Shown here one piece after another: positions 51,363 through 63,290 of a stretch of DNA of 64,000 bases; within the stretch, counting starts at the first letter, position 1; every line of letters begins with the position of its first letter. The DNA is from Macrostomum hystrix. Taxonomy: Eukaryota > Animalia > Platyhelminthes. The notes under the pieces were generated by a model. That model was not told where the DNA came from. It ran no database searches and saw nothing but the letters and a program-made list of their open reading frames with translations. The stretch lies in NCBI GenBank assembly GCA_950097015.1, contig CATNEN010000007.1, positions 6,448,001 through 6,512,000 of the forward strand, given 5' to 3'. Made by a program: the position numbers and the translations under genes.

Positions 51363-54300
51363 CTGCGGGGTGGGGAGCAGGTGATGAGGGCCTTCGTGCA
51401 CAGCGCAGACACTCGCGCGACGGTGTCCCACAAACTCACCGGCTCGTAGATGTGCGGCATCTCAAAGCTGGCGTCGTCCGGCTCGTCTCCCGTAGCCTCC
51501 GGGGCATCCCTAAAATCAAAGGTGAAATGCGCTCGGTCACTATTACAGTTTGAGCTGATTGGTAACAGCTATCGATTTACCCTTAATAGCTTATGACTCT
51601 CTGAATGACCTACTCGTATTTAACGCTGGAATGAGGGATCTATACCCTCTGGTTAAGCCCTTAGCTCTTTGTGTCTTCTCAGAATTATCTGGTGGCTAAT
51701 CGCATTCTATACGAGTACACACGGATGAGCAAGATGTGGCAGATAATTAAAGCGCAGCGATGCGTACAACTATTGCGTGTTAGTGCGTGTTAGTGCGTGT
51801 TAGTGTGTGTTAGTAGCAAGTCTGGGATTACACTGAGTGCACCTGGTGTCTATTGAGGATGAGACGGTTCTGTCGGCAGCCAAGCTTGGCCATGTTTATT
51901 ACGATTCGGCACTGGGCCATGCCCGCAGCTAAAGCAGGCGTAATAAAAGTTTGCCAAAATATCGTGCTTACAGCCCAGACTAGCTCTAGGGGGACCCATG
52001 CTGAATTATTGAGAAGCCAAGCATGGCAACTAAGCCCGCCAATGCATTATGGCTTAAAGCGGGACACATCCCGTGCGTCCCTGTCTACAACTTTTATTAG
52101 CCTGGCGAGACCTGAGAAAATTCACGAAATAGTCTGTCTGGTCAATGTCGAACTGGTCGCCAAGGTCCTCCTGAACGAGGCGCTTCATAGTCTTGTCGAA
52201 CCAACCAATGTCGGCGAATGTCACGAATCTGAGAGGGTATGACGCGGCGGCGAAGTGGGCGAGGAACAGAAGAGCGAGCAACGACCGCTGGACAGGGTGA
52301 AGCTTTTGTTCAACAATTAGTGTGTTCTGAGACTGAGTCCTGATCGGACATTGGTGTGTGTTCTGAGACTGGGTCCTGATTGGACATTGGTGTCTGTTCT
52401 GAGACTGGGTCCTGATTGGACATTGGTGTGTGTTCTGAGACTGGGTCCTGATTGGACATTGGTGTATGTTCTGAGACTGGGTCCTGATTGGACATTGGTG
52501 TATGTTCTGAGACTGGGTCCTGATTGGACATTGGTGTCTGTTCTGAGACTGGGTCCTGATTGGACATTGGTGTGTGTTCTGAGACCGGGTCCTGATTGGA
52601 CATTGGTGTGTGTTCTGAGACCGGGTCCTGATTGGACATTGGTGTCTGTTCTGAGACTGGGTCCTGATTGGACATTGGTGTCTGTTCTGAGACTGGGTCC
52701 TGATTGGACATTGGTGTGTGTTCTGAGACCGGGTCCTGATTGGACATTGGTGTGTGTTCTGAGACTGGGCCACTAAACTTAGGTCTTTCAGTGCAAATAT
52801 GCAAATGTGCAAATAGTTACAAAGGTTACAAATTTATGGAAAATCAAGAAATATTAGCTGGTGCGTAAATTATATACTCGACAGTTTGATCGCCAAATCA
52901 AATAATGAGGCTGTTAAAAACGGCATTCCAGAAGGGGGCTATTAGCGATCGCACGGTGAGCAATCAGCATTGGGTGCAGCATGTTTCTAAGGTGCATTAT
53001 TAGTGCTCATAGTGGACCCCGCGCTGCCTAAGCCTTGGCTCCGGAAACCACCTGAGAAAGTCGACAAAGTAGTGCGTGGACTCCACCAGCTTGGCCATGT
53101 CCTCGCCCATGTCCTCCACCAGAACGCGGGTCATTGTCTTCACAAACCAGTTCACGTCGTCGTATGTTACGAATCTAAATTTAGATAATTTTCAAAGAAG
53201 AAAAAAATGCTGCGAGAGCAAGACAACGAGCAAGTTCCCACAGCCAGGAGCAACAATCAAAGGAAAAGGCAAAGGAAGTATCCTTCTAGAAAGATAATAA
53301 AGCAAGTGATTTTTGCAGTGTCTTTCTGCTGACTTAAGGCCTTGTTATCTTACCGATGCGGATGACTGAGATTTTGCTAGCTAAATCTGAAATTTATGCT
53401 AAGTAAATAGATATGAGCCAAGAATTTAGATTGGATGGGAGTGCTTTCTATGAAACAGCGACTCCTACCTGTCGGAGATGACTCGGCAGCACTCGTGCTT
53501 CCACAGGCTCAGCAGCGTGCCGGAGTCCTTGATGACCTCGCTGACGGTGTTGATCATGCCCTGCCAGATGCGACTCAGATCGCGCAGGTTGAACACGTAG
53601 TGAAACTTGGCTGGCGTTGGCAGCATCTTGATCTTCGTGAGCTGCCAGAGGCGCCTTGTCAGCGGCACCAGCTTGCTCACCATGCCGCGCACCTCCTCGG
53701 AGAAGCCGCGTTCTTCGCAGTAGTGGCCGCAGCCGATGATGCTGAAGATCTTGTCGATGCTGGGGTTGGACGGCAGGGTGCAGTTAAAGATGTTGAACTG
53801 CCGCTTCAGGCGCTGCGGAATGTCGTTGCGGCCGCCGCCCGGGTGGATCATTGCGGCCATGAACTGCATGTCCACAATGGTGGTGAAGTCGCCTGGCTTC
53901 TCCAGGTTGTAGAAGCCGGAGTTCTCCATCAGCTGGCGGACGATCTCGTTGGCGATCTGATCACCCCACTCGTTGATGACCGGCATGTTGATGTCGTCGA
54001 TAAAGACCGTCATTCGTCGACCGGCCGGCGGGCCAAACGTGGAGCCCATTCGCTTGTCTACGTAGCTCTCGATGGTCCGCTGGAACATCATCGGCGTGGT
54101 GGCGCTGGAGAAGTTCAACGCCTTATTCATGTGCTCCTCCGGATTGAAGCGGGCCAGGAACTTGTTGATCATGACGGTCTTCGCCGTGCCCTGCTCACCG
54201 ATCAGAAGCACCTGCTTCTCCTGCCTGTGGATGGTGTGGATGAGGAACTCCGTGCGCACGTTGTCCACGTTCGGCACCAGAATGGAGCCGTACTCCGGCG

Positions 54301-57300
54301 TGCTGTCCTTCGGATAGAGGAACTCCTCGACTTTCTCATCCCAATGCTGCCAGGCGCCGGACTCGCTGACCAGGAAGTCATACATGGTGCTGTCGGAATC
54401 GGCCGGATACTCCGGCAGGTCCAGCTTGAGCTCTCGCATCTTGACCTCGAGCTTGTTCCGGTCCTCCCACTCAAGCAGCGCACCCACAGACCACATGATG
54501 GTGAACACGTACAGGCGCCTGTAGTACTCCGGCCGTAGAGCGCCTTCCTTCTCTTCGCGCTTCGGTATCAGGCCTTCGAGCAAGTCGCAGCACTGTCGCA
54601 CGATGAATGCCTCCAGGACGTTCATCTTGAAGGTTAGGAACTGGGTGGCGTGGCGCATGATCTCTGGGAAGGAGGCCTCGAACAGTGGGAACAGCTGGTC
54701 GCGCTCAAACGTCGGCCTCTTGAGCAGCCAGCCGCTGAGCAGCGGGTTCCAGTTGAGGCCAGAGCTGGACATGTACACCATGCCGTTGCGGGACACGGTG
54801 GCGGGCGACGCGTTGTCGATGTTGTGCACCTCGAAGATGATCTTGCAGTTGGGCGCCATGGGAATTCGATCACCGTTGGCCAGTGTCAGGGTCTTGTTGT
54901 CGTCCAGTACGGAGTTGAGGTTTTCAATCCAGATGGCGTCCACGGGGCCGTCCAGCACCAGCCAGATGTGCTCGCCCTTCTTGGCCTTCAGGGTGCGCCG
55001 CCAAAGCGTGGAGAAGATGCCGTCAGTCCAGTCGTTGGTGGCCACGTCGAGCCGGCCGAACATCTGCGGAGCCGTGATGGCCTTGGGATTCATGCGGAGC
55101 TCGCGGTGCGGCTCTCCACAGTCGGTCATGGCCTTCATCAGCGTGTGGATGCAGCGGGTCTTGCCGGCTCCAGATGGGCCCAGCGTCATCATGCCGTGGC
55201 GCACGCGCTGCGTCTCGAACAGCTGAATGAGCTTCAGGTTCCAGGAGTCCCAATTGATGAGCTCCGCCTCCTGCACCTGCTTGGAGATGGCGGCCTCCAG
55301 CTGCGGGTAGCCCGCCTTGTCCAGGGTGATGCCTGCAGGGTTGTTGAGAGGTGAAGCAGTGTCGCAATAACTTTATGTTTTTGACAGCACAATTCTATGA
55401 GTTGGCTTATGGCAAAAAGCTGGAAAACGAGAGACTCACCCGGGAATAGGTCGTTGATGAGCGAGAGGAACAGCGGCTCGTCCTGGTCCACCAGCTTGGA
55501 CAGGTTCATGTCTCGCAGCACTCGCATGACGGTGGTTTGCTCGCTGTCGTTCGGGTTGGACCGCTTGACAGTGCCCAGGGTGCGCAGCACTGACAGGATG
55601 TTGCGCAGACCGAAGTCGTAGTGCACCTGGAAGGTTGGGGATCGCATTTTGTGAGATATTGAACGCAGATTAGTTTCAGCTAGCTTATTACAGAGGCACG
55701 TATTGCGGAGCGGTGTTGCACCTGTTTTGTGAGCTGCTCCTCGCAAAGCTTGTACAGTGTAAAGAACTTCCTGGCCAGGGTGACATTGTCGATGAAGCCA
55801 ACCGAGGCCAGCTTGACGCGGATGATGATCTGCCGGTCGGGCACCATCATGGCCACGGTGCGGAAGTTGATCTTCAGATTCTCTGGCAGCTCCTGACGGC
55901 CAGCGTAGCCGGGATTCATGGTCAGGAAGATGCCGAACTCCGGGTTCATCTCCACAAGGTCACCGTCGGTGAAGATGAACTGCTTCTTGCGCTCCTTCTT
56001 GCAGGAGAGCACGATGGCGATCTGCTGGGCGGCCACCGACAGCACCGGAAGCTCGATGCGGTTGAACTCGTCGAAGCAGCCCCAGCTACCGGACTGGGCC
56101 AAACCCTGAGTGCGGCCAAGCAATTAAGGGCGGGAATACTTGTACAGGGCATCGAGACAGTACTTTGGCCCTACTCTAAGGCCTAGCAAAAATAGTTTTC
56201 GCTAATTGACAGTCTTATCGGAGTCTCTCTCCAACGTCCCTGAAGGCCAAGGACCAACCCCCAAGTCTCAGTGACATTGTGCACTGCCTGGCGAGGAAAA
56301 GTTAGGTCAGATGTACGAGTTTTACACAGCTATGTGAGGTTGTGCACGCATGCGTTTCCATGCGCGCATGTTTGCTCAGGGGTCAGTGAAATAGACAGAT
56401 GTCTCTCAGCTCTTACCTTGTAGATTCTGCCGAGACCTCGGAAGTCCATCTGGTCGGAGCAGTTGAACACCACCACGTACTTGCCCAGGCAGCGGCCCAT
56501 GTCCTTGGTGGTCTCGGTCTTGCCCGTTCCGGCTGGGCCGGCCGGAGCGCCGCCCATGGACATTCCCAGGGCCTGGGCCAGGGTGATGTAGCAGCGATCA
56601 GTCAGCGGCGTGATCACAAGGCGTTCAGTGCAGCCAAGGAACTCGTTCTGGTATTCAAAGTCCACATCAGTGATGCTAATCAGGCACTTGTCGGTGTCCT
56701 CAACAAAGTAGAAGCGAGTCTGCTTCAGCCACTCAAAGTCGGTCGGGGATTTGATGTGCATCTTGAAGAGGTCTTCAAAGATGTCGCGCTGGTGCACGTG
56801 GATGGTGATGAGCGTCTCGAACTTGGTGCGCTCAACCTTGGTCAGCTCTCGCGTGGTCTGTTTGATGAGCGTGTTCAGCAGGTCAATGAAGCTCTGGTTG
56901 GTGTTCGCCATCACTTTCTTGTCAGTTTTGGCGTTGTTCAAGGCATCCGTGGAGTCGCGGGTCCAGATCAGCTGAATGCCCAGCAGGCCGATCTGCGCAG
57001 GAAACATGTCGAGGAACTCCAGGATCTGGAAGTTCTGGTCGCTGATAGCCATGTAGGCGGTGCGGATCACACCGTGCAGCGAGCGCTGGCTCTGCTGCAT
57101 CAGCGTCATTAGCCACACTTCGACATTGCCCTCGGCTTTGACAGGCTTCTCCAACTCCAACTGCTCGCCTTCGCTTGAGTAGCAGGCCAAGATGGTCTCG
57201 TACTGTTTCTCGTGGAACTTCACCGTCTTGATGTTGTCGAAGATGGAGAGCAGGTGGGCCTGGATGGTGTGCGGGTCGGAGGCCTGGCCCAGGATCTCCA

Positions 57301-60300
57301 GCAGGGCCGGGTCGGACACGAAGAAGAAGCGCGGGAACAGCAGACGCTTCTTCTCCAGGTAGCCAGTCAGGGACTTCTGGCAGAGCTCCAGCTGCTCGAG
57401 CAGGTGTGGCAGAAGCTGCGAGAGAGTCTCGTCACCGACGCAGCACTGGATAACGTTCGTCGTCTCGTGCGCCCGGGTCATGATCTTGATCCAGCTCTTA
57501 TCGATGTTGCTGAATCGCTTTGCCTCCTTTGGCAGCTGCTTGGCGATGTCGCCACCAACGAACACAGCCTCGAGGTAAACCCACAGATTCTGCACCGTCA
57601 TCCACTGCTCGATGATCTCGGAGCTGTTTGACAGGTTGCTCACCCACTGCTGAATTTGCTTCTTGAACGGGGCGTTGTATCGGTTGCTAAGCAGCGAGCT
57701 GAGCACCATCAGCGAGTCTTCCATGAAGCTGATGATCTCGCCAGTGTGGTCGCCTCTCAGGAGCAGCTCGCCGCGATTCTTAAATGTACCAAAGCGAAAT
57801 TCGTGGCTGCTCCACTCGGCAATGACTGCCTTAAGCTTGGCTTCAATGTCCTTTTCCTTAACTGCGCTAATGCAGATGTCTTCAATCTCTTCTTTGTACT
57901 GCAACAGCGGCGCTTCCAGGATGTTTCGAAGCGTGAAGCCGTCCCCTTCGACGTCGAAGTTGTGCTTAGTGAGGTCGGACATTCGCTGCCAGTGACGGGG
58001 CTTCATGGCCTTGTTGGTCATCAGCTCGAGCAGCGGGACCATCTCGTTGAAGTTGTCGATTGTCTTGCTTAGATCAGCAAAGGCCGGCCAGTCCTTCAGC
58101 GCCTTTGGAAGTTTTCGACAACGATTCTGGAACTCCTGCAGCTCCCCGCTGATCTTCTCGATGTCAACCTCCGTGAACAGAATGTCATAGTAGCCGTTGA
58201 CAGTGTTGATTACATCATTGTAGAGGCTGTAGAGCTTGGTCAGCAGGTTCAGCTCCTTCTTGATCCGGTGCAGCTCAGGATAGTCGCTCACCTGAAGGCC
58301 GAACAGCTCTTCGCCGCCAGTGTAGGTGATGAACTTCCTGTTGAGGTTGTCGAACTGGTTCTGGAAGATAATCAGCCGGTCCGACGCCTCTCTCGGTGGA
58401 ACGCCTGGCACCATTGGGCCAGTATGTTCGTAGTCCTGATAGAAGCGGTTGCAGTCGTTTTTGAAGACAACCACCTCCTGCACAAGGTTGTCGCGAAAGT
58501 CGGACTGGATGCTGACCAGGTGATTCTGCACCTCGATTCCGTGGCCGCGCAGCTTCTCCCAGGTATAGCGCAGGGTATCCACTCGCTCGGCCTCTTCCGT
58601 TGGCACAGGGAGTTCGTGCTTGTTGAGCATTGCGTAGGACTCCTCAATTGGCGCGATGCCCATGTCGATGCGAATCTCGTTCTCCCGGATGTCCTTTAGT
58701 GCCGCCATGGCAATGCGGATGTCATCCAGATCTTTGATGGGCCTGCTGAGCCGTTTCTCCACGTCCTCAATGAAGGCAAAGAACTCTTCCATCTCAGCCT
58801 TGTACTTAAGATTGCAGGAGCGGCCGTAGAGCAGCCGCCAGGCCTTGGTCTCCGTGAGCAGGCCCAGCTTGAGCCGCTCAGTGAAGATTGCCACCGGACC
58901 GCAATCATAGGACACCGGCTCGCTGTTGATTCGCTCTTCCTCTCGTTCGAACTCGATGATCCTGGCCTCGTACTCGCCCAGACGCGGCGACTGGCTGACG
59001 AATTGCTGCAGCGTCTCCTCCCGGCTCTGCTCCCAGATGTACTTGTAGCGGTAGAATCGCTCCAGCGCTGTCACAATCTCCTTCTTCTGGCTGTTGATGG
59101 CAGTCGACAGCAGGGAGGCCAACTTGGCCACCTCCTTGTTCTCCGAAACGTTCTTGAAGTAGTTGTTCGCCTGCATCTGCACAGTGTATTGCTCCGTGGT
59201 GCCATCCTCGCTTTCTTGTCTCTGGCGGTGGCTGCGCAGGCCGGCTCGAGACGCGGCCACGTCCGACTGGCCGGACACATCCGTGGGAGCCACGCTGGCG
59301 GCCACGCTGCCCCGCCGGGCATCCGATCTGGCAGTGACGACCTCGCCCTCGGTAGTCTCGAATGCCATTTCGTCTGTTTCGGGTGCCTTGGCCTTCGTAG
59401 TCTTGCGCTCCTTGGACCACTGTGAGATTCCTTTGCTGACCCCGATGACGCAGTGGCAGGCCTTGTTGACGCACTGCTGCACATCCTCAGTGGTGGGCTG
59501 CACCACCACCTGAGGAATGGCTAGCATGGCGAAGCATTGGAAGAACGGCCGCTGAGCACTTCCCGCCCTGTCGTACGCGACCAGAGTTGAAGCGGTGATT
59601 CGCTTGCGCAGCGCCTCCAGCGTATTGCGCGTCACCTTCACGATGGAATCCATGTTCCTGTGGTTGAAGTGGCTCAGTAGCTCCATGGCGGCCTCCTCAA
59701 TCTGCGCCTTCTCGTCCTTCTTGGGCCGACGCAGAGTGCGTTCGCCATCTTGCTCGGCGGGAGCATCCTCAGCCGGCTTGCCACCCTCCTCTGTCGGCAC
59801 CGGCTGTTCAGACTCCTCGTCTCCAACGAGCATGTTGATGAGCTCGTTCACCGCCTCCTCAACGTTGATGCTCTTCACCTGGAGCAGCTGAGCGCCCTTG
59901 TGGCACAGGCTCTGCGTGCGCTCCAGAAAGGCGTCGATGGTCCAGGGCTCGTGGTCGGGCAGCTCGCACAACTGCACGGTGGCCATCTCGTCAAGCACTT
60001 GGTCGATGCGGAACTCGCGCAAATCCTTGGCCCGGCTCAGTAGCAGCTCCAGATCGCGCATGTCTGCGTACACGTCCTGGATGTACTTGTCCGTGCCCAG
60101 GCTCATCCAGTTTAAAGTTGTGAGGCCGGGCTCAACAACGCGGCGCAGCCGATTGAGCCTGGGGCCCATCAGTGGCTCGTATTCTGGTGGTACGCCATCT
60201 AGGATGCGATTGTACCCGACCAGCATCATGCCGAGGCCCTCATAGTGCCTCTTAATGGCCACCTGGCGCGCTCGCAGATGCTGGGCCGCCAGCGGGATGT

Positions 60301-63290
60301 CCATGCCCAGGCGCGCCATCAGCTCCGTCTCTCTGATCAGCGTGAGGATCTCAGCGTCCAGGTTGATGAACAGCCGCTTGGTCTCCGGATGACGCACCAG
60401 CAGCGAGGCTTTCAGTCCGGTCTGAGCCGACTGCACCTGCTTAGTCCAGGCGCGATGGTAGAGCATCTCAAATGCCACCAGCACCTCGGCCAGCTTGTTG
60501 TAGTTCTTCACGATCCGCTTGCCCTCCGGGCTGGCCAGCAGCTGCGGCATGCCCTTGAACAGCACCATTGGCTCCTCGATTCGGCGGAACAGCTGACGGG
60601 CCCAGCAGATTTTGCCACCGATTGGAGGCAGGTCGCGAGCGATCGGCGGTTCGTCCTTGTTCTTGTTGTAGATGCGGACGGCGCTGTCCAGCTCCTTGCC
60701 ATAGAAAACGAGGATCTTCTGGTACTTCTCCTCGATGCCAAGGCGCGGAATGCGCAGTCGTTCGAAGCGCTTTAGCGTCTGCAGCGCGCGATAGGAGCTG
60801 GTCAGCTTCTCAAAGCGCGCGTCCATGAAGGCCTGGATGCTGCCCTGTAGTGAAAAGATAATATGGTTTCAGCAGTCAGTATACATAGGCATCTAAAAAC
60901 ACTCGCAGGGCCGAACATCCTCAAGAATCTCACCTGCAGCTCCAGAATCTGTCGCTTGAAGTCCTCGAAGTCATTGTCGAAGTCCGTCCTGCGTTGGTCC
61001 AGGAAGTCGTACGGCTTCTTCTTCATGCCGACAACGATGACATTGAACTTGGCCGCCATCATCTCCATGCCTTCGATCTTCGACTCGGCCAGGTGGGAGA
61101 ACATCTCCATGGTCTGGAACATCTCAATGATCTTTTTCAGTCGGCGGCAGAAGGTGTCGAACTTTCCAAATATGTACATCTCGGAGAATTCGAACTTCTT
61201 CTCGTTGGGCATCTGCTCCAGCTTGTGCTTGGTGCGCTGAAAGCAGGCCTGGTACTCCTCGTTGAGTCTGATGCAGTGCTTGAGCTTGGCGATCACCTGG
61301 TCGGTTGGTTGGGACCAGATGGTCTCGGTGCGGGCCAGGCTAATGTAACTCTTGCAGGCGGTGATCATCTGGTTGGTCACCTTCACGAACAGTGACGTCA
61401 TGCGCTCCGAAGTGTTGTAGTAGCGCGAGATGCTGTGGATCATGCGGATGCCGTTGATCAGCTTGGGAATCATGTCCACCATCTTCACTGGGTCGCTGTG
61501 GTACAGAGGCATGCAGTGCTCGTCCAGGGTGTACAAGAACTTAACATTGTCCTTGGCCTCGTTGGCGTTGTCCGTGATGCGGCGGTCCATCTCGAACCAG
61601 GTCTGCGGAGGCGAATTTGCTTGTTCAGTGGCTCTGTCCTTTTGATATTCTTTAAAAACCAATCACTTCCCGCATCACTCCCACGAACAGCATAAACACA
61701 AAAGAAAGCAACACTACCACACCTACTCACAGTAGCTAATATGAGATTTAAGCACCGAGTCTACGCTCGAAAGCCAATCCAAAAAAATATATTCATCAAT
61801 CAAGCTAAAATGCTGATGGACAAAGAAAGGAACAGAAGAGAGGCGTTGCTATGGTCAGCGCGTCACAGGTGGGGCCGAAAGCTTGCCAGAGCTGCATGGC
61901 TGCACATCGAACCCTCACAATGGCATTCATTGTGCGCGAAGAGCCAACATCGCACAGCACTCCGTCTGCCTTTGAGCAAACTAGACTTGGGCTAAACTAA
62001 GCTCTACTCAGGTAGAGAGGTCGGCGGGGGTCGTCGCAAAGCGTCCATAGCAACAGCTAGCCCGAGGGGGCAGCAGAAGCAGCTACGGAGTGTGTTGCGA
62101 AGCAGAGAAAAAAGTGAAAAGTGAGTTAGTGCGCGCATTAAGCGTGTGAGGTCTATCTTGAGCACAGCAAGATGTCTGGCAAAGGCTGCTGCAAAGAAAG
62201 GACAAGAAAATAACTGCATCTTATTTTCTTCTGCGCAAATTCAAAACAAAGCCGCTGTGCAGACTGACACGCCTGCTTTTGCAGAAAAAACTGCGATTGT
62301 AAAGATAAATATCAGCAGTGTCAGATGAGTCTAAATCTCGTGGGAATTAAACGTGTTTCCAACTTAAATCGCTTGTTGTTCATCGCTCGCCTTTTTACAA
62401 TCGTGTGAACTCCGTGTCTCATGAAGAAAATGCGGAAAATATTTAGAGTCAGGGTGAAATTGAGATGAGTGGCGATGATGTTGATATTTTATCAGAGTTG
62501 TATCGGCTCACCTTCAGCGAGCGCGATTTGGCAGCGTTGAGGACACCCAGCACCTGCTTGACATCGGCCGACTTGAGCTGGTCCAACAGGTAGTTGAACT
62601 TGGCCATGCGCCGCTTCCAGTACTCCAGCTCGGCGCGCGGACCAACATTGTCGGCCTCGCGACGAATCTGCTCGGTCTCGGCCAGCACCTGCTCGATCTG
62701 CTTCATCCAGCCGGCGGCGCAGTCCTCGATGGCCACCAGGCTCTCGGCGTGCGACGCCGCCACGCTCAGGTCGGTCACCGTCTTCAGGCGGCGCAGGTCG
62801 TAGCCTGAGCACGGCTTCAGCACGACCTTATCGTTGATGGTGTCTTGCGCGCCTGCAGATGGGAAAACAGAGTTTTGTTCCCCACTGAATTTCAAGTCTT
62901 TCAGTCCAAGAAGCGCAGAAATAAAAGTGCAATCAAATGACTCACTGTTGAGCATGCCGACAAAGCTCTCCAGACTGTTGAGAAAATTCTGCTTGGCCTG
63001 CTCCTGACTCTCCAGCTGGCCCCAGCCGCCTTGAAGCTCGCGCAGCTGCGGTACCAGCAGCTGTGAGAGGATCTGCTCGATTCCGCGCAGCACGCCGTCC
63101 GAGCCGTCGATGCTCAGAAAGTTGACCTCCTTGGCGATGTTGGCCTCGGTGATGGCCGTCTGGCAGCTGGACCGCATGAACACTGCGCACGGGCCTTTGA
63201 TGGGCGCCGAGCTGCCGTCGGAGACGAAGATGCGGGGCTTCTGGGCCCGCATCGACTTCGTGCCCGGCTGGCCGATGCGGATGTGGTCGG
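46185..63290 (-). CDS. DNAH5: Axonemal outer-arm dynein heavy chain (DNAH5/DNAH8 type); 5' end lies beyond the window
   Basis: Exons: 63290-62946, 62852-62512, 61602-60934, 60844-56417, 56105-55722, 55626-55440, 55332-53469, [53174-53052 or 52228-52112], 51509-51440, 51362-46185. P-loops [10 protein letters not shown] (AAA1), GPSGAGKT (AAA2), GEQGTAKT (AAA3) and GVGGSGKQS (AAA4), with the C-terminus [11 protein letters not shown]. Confidence 0.95.
52112..52228 (-). CDS. DNAH5: Dynein alternative exon B ([39 protein letters not shown])
   Basis: 117 nt, phase 2-2, ctctcag|A...AG|gtctcg; homologous to exon A. Confidence 0.8.
52318..52769. repeat. 42-bp minisatellite between the two alternative dynein exons
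   Basis: ttctgagactgggtcctgattggacattggtgtgtg-type units, ~11 copies. Confidence 0.95.
53052..53174 (-). CDS. DNAH5: Dynein alternative exon A ([41 protein letters not shown])
   Basis: 123 nt, phase 2-2, atttag|A...AG|gtggtt; homologous to exon B. Confidence 0.85.
53469..55332 (-). CDS. DNAH5: Dynein exon (AAA2-AAA3)
   Basis: ORF 53465-55276 extended to acceptor ctgcag at 55332; donor AG|gtagga. Confidence 0.93.
56417..60844 (-). CDS. DNAH5: Dynein exon (tail, linker, start of AAA1)
   Basis: ORF 56330-60826; acceptor ctacag|GGC; donor AAG|gtaaga. Confidence 0.93.

Noticed and set aside
53354-53365. 12-nt micro-exon candidate (ctcag|TCATCCGCATCG|gtaaga) upstream of dynein exon A
   Set aside because: It preserves frame, but the polypyrimidine tract is weak and it would interrupt the conserved DRF motif. 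Unsupported without reads.
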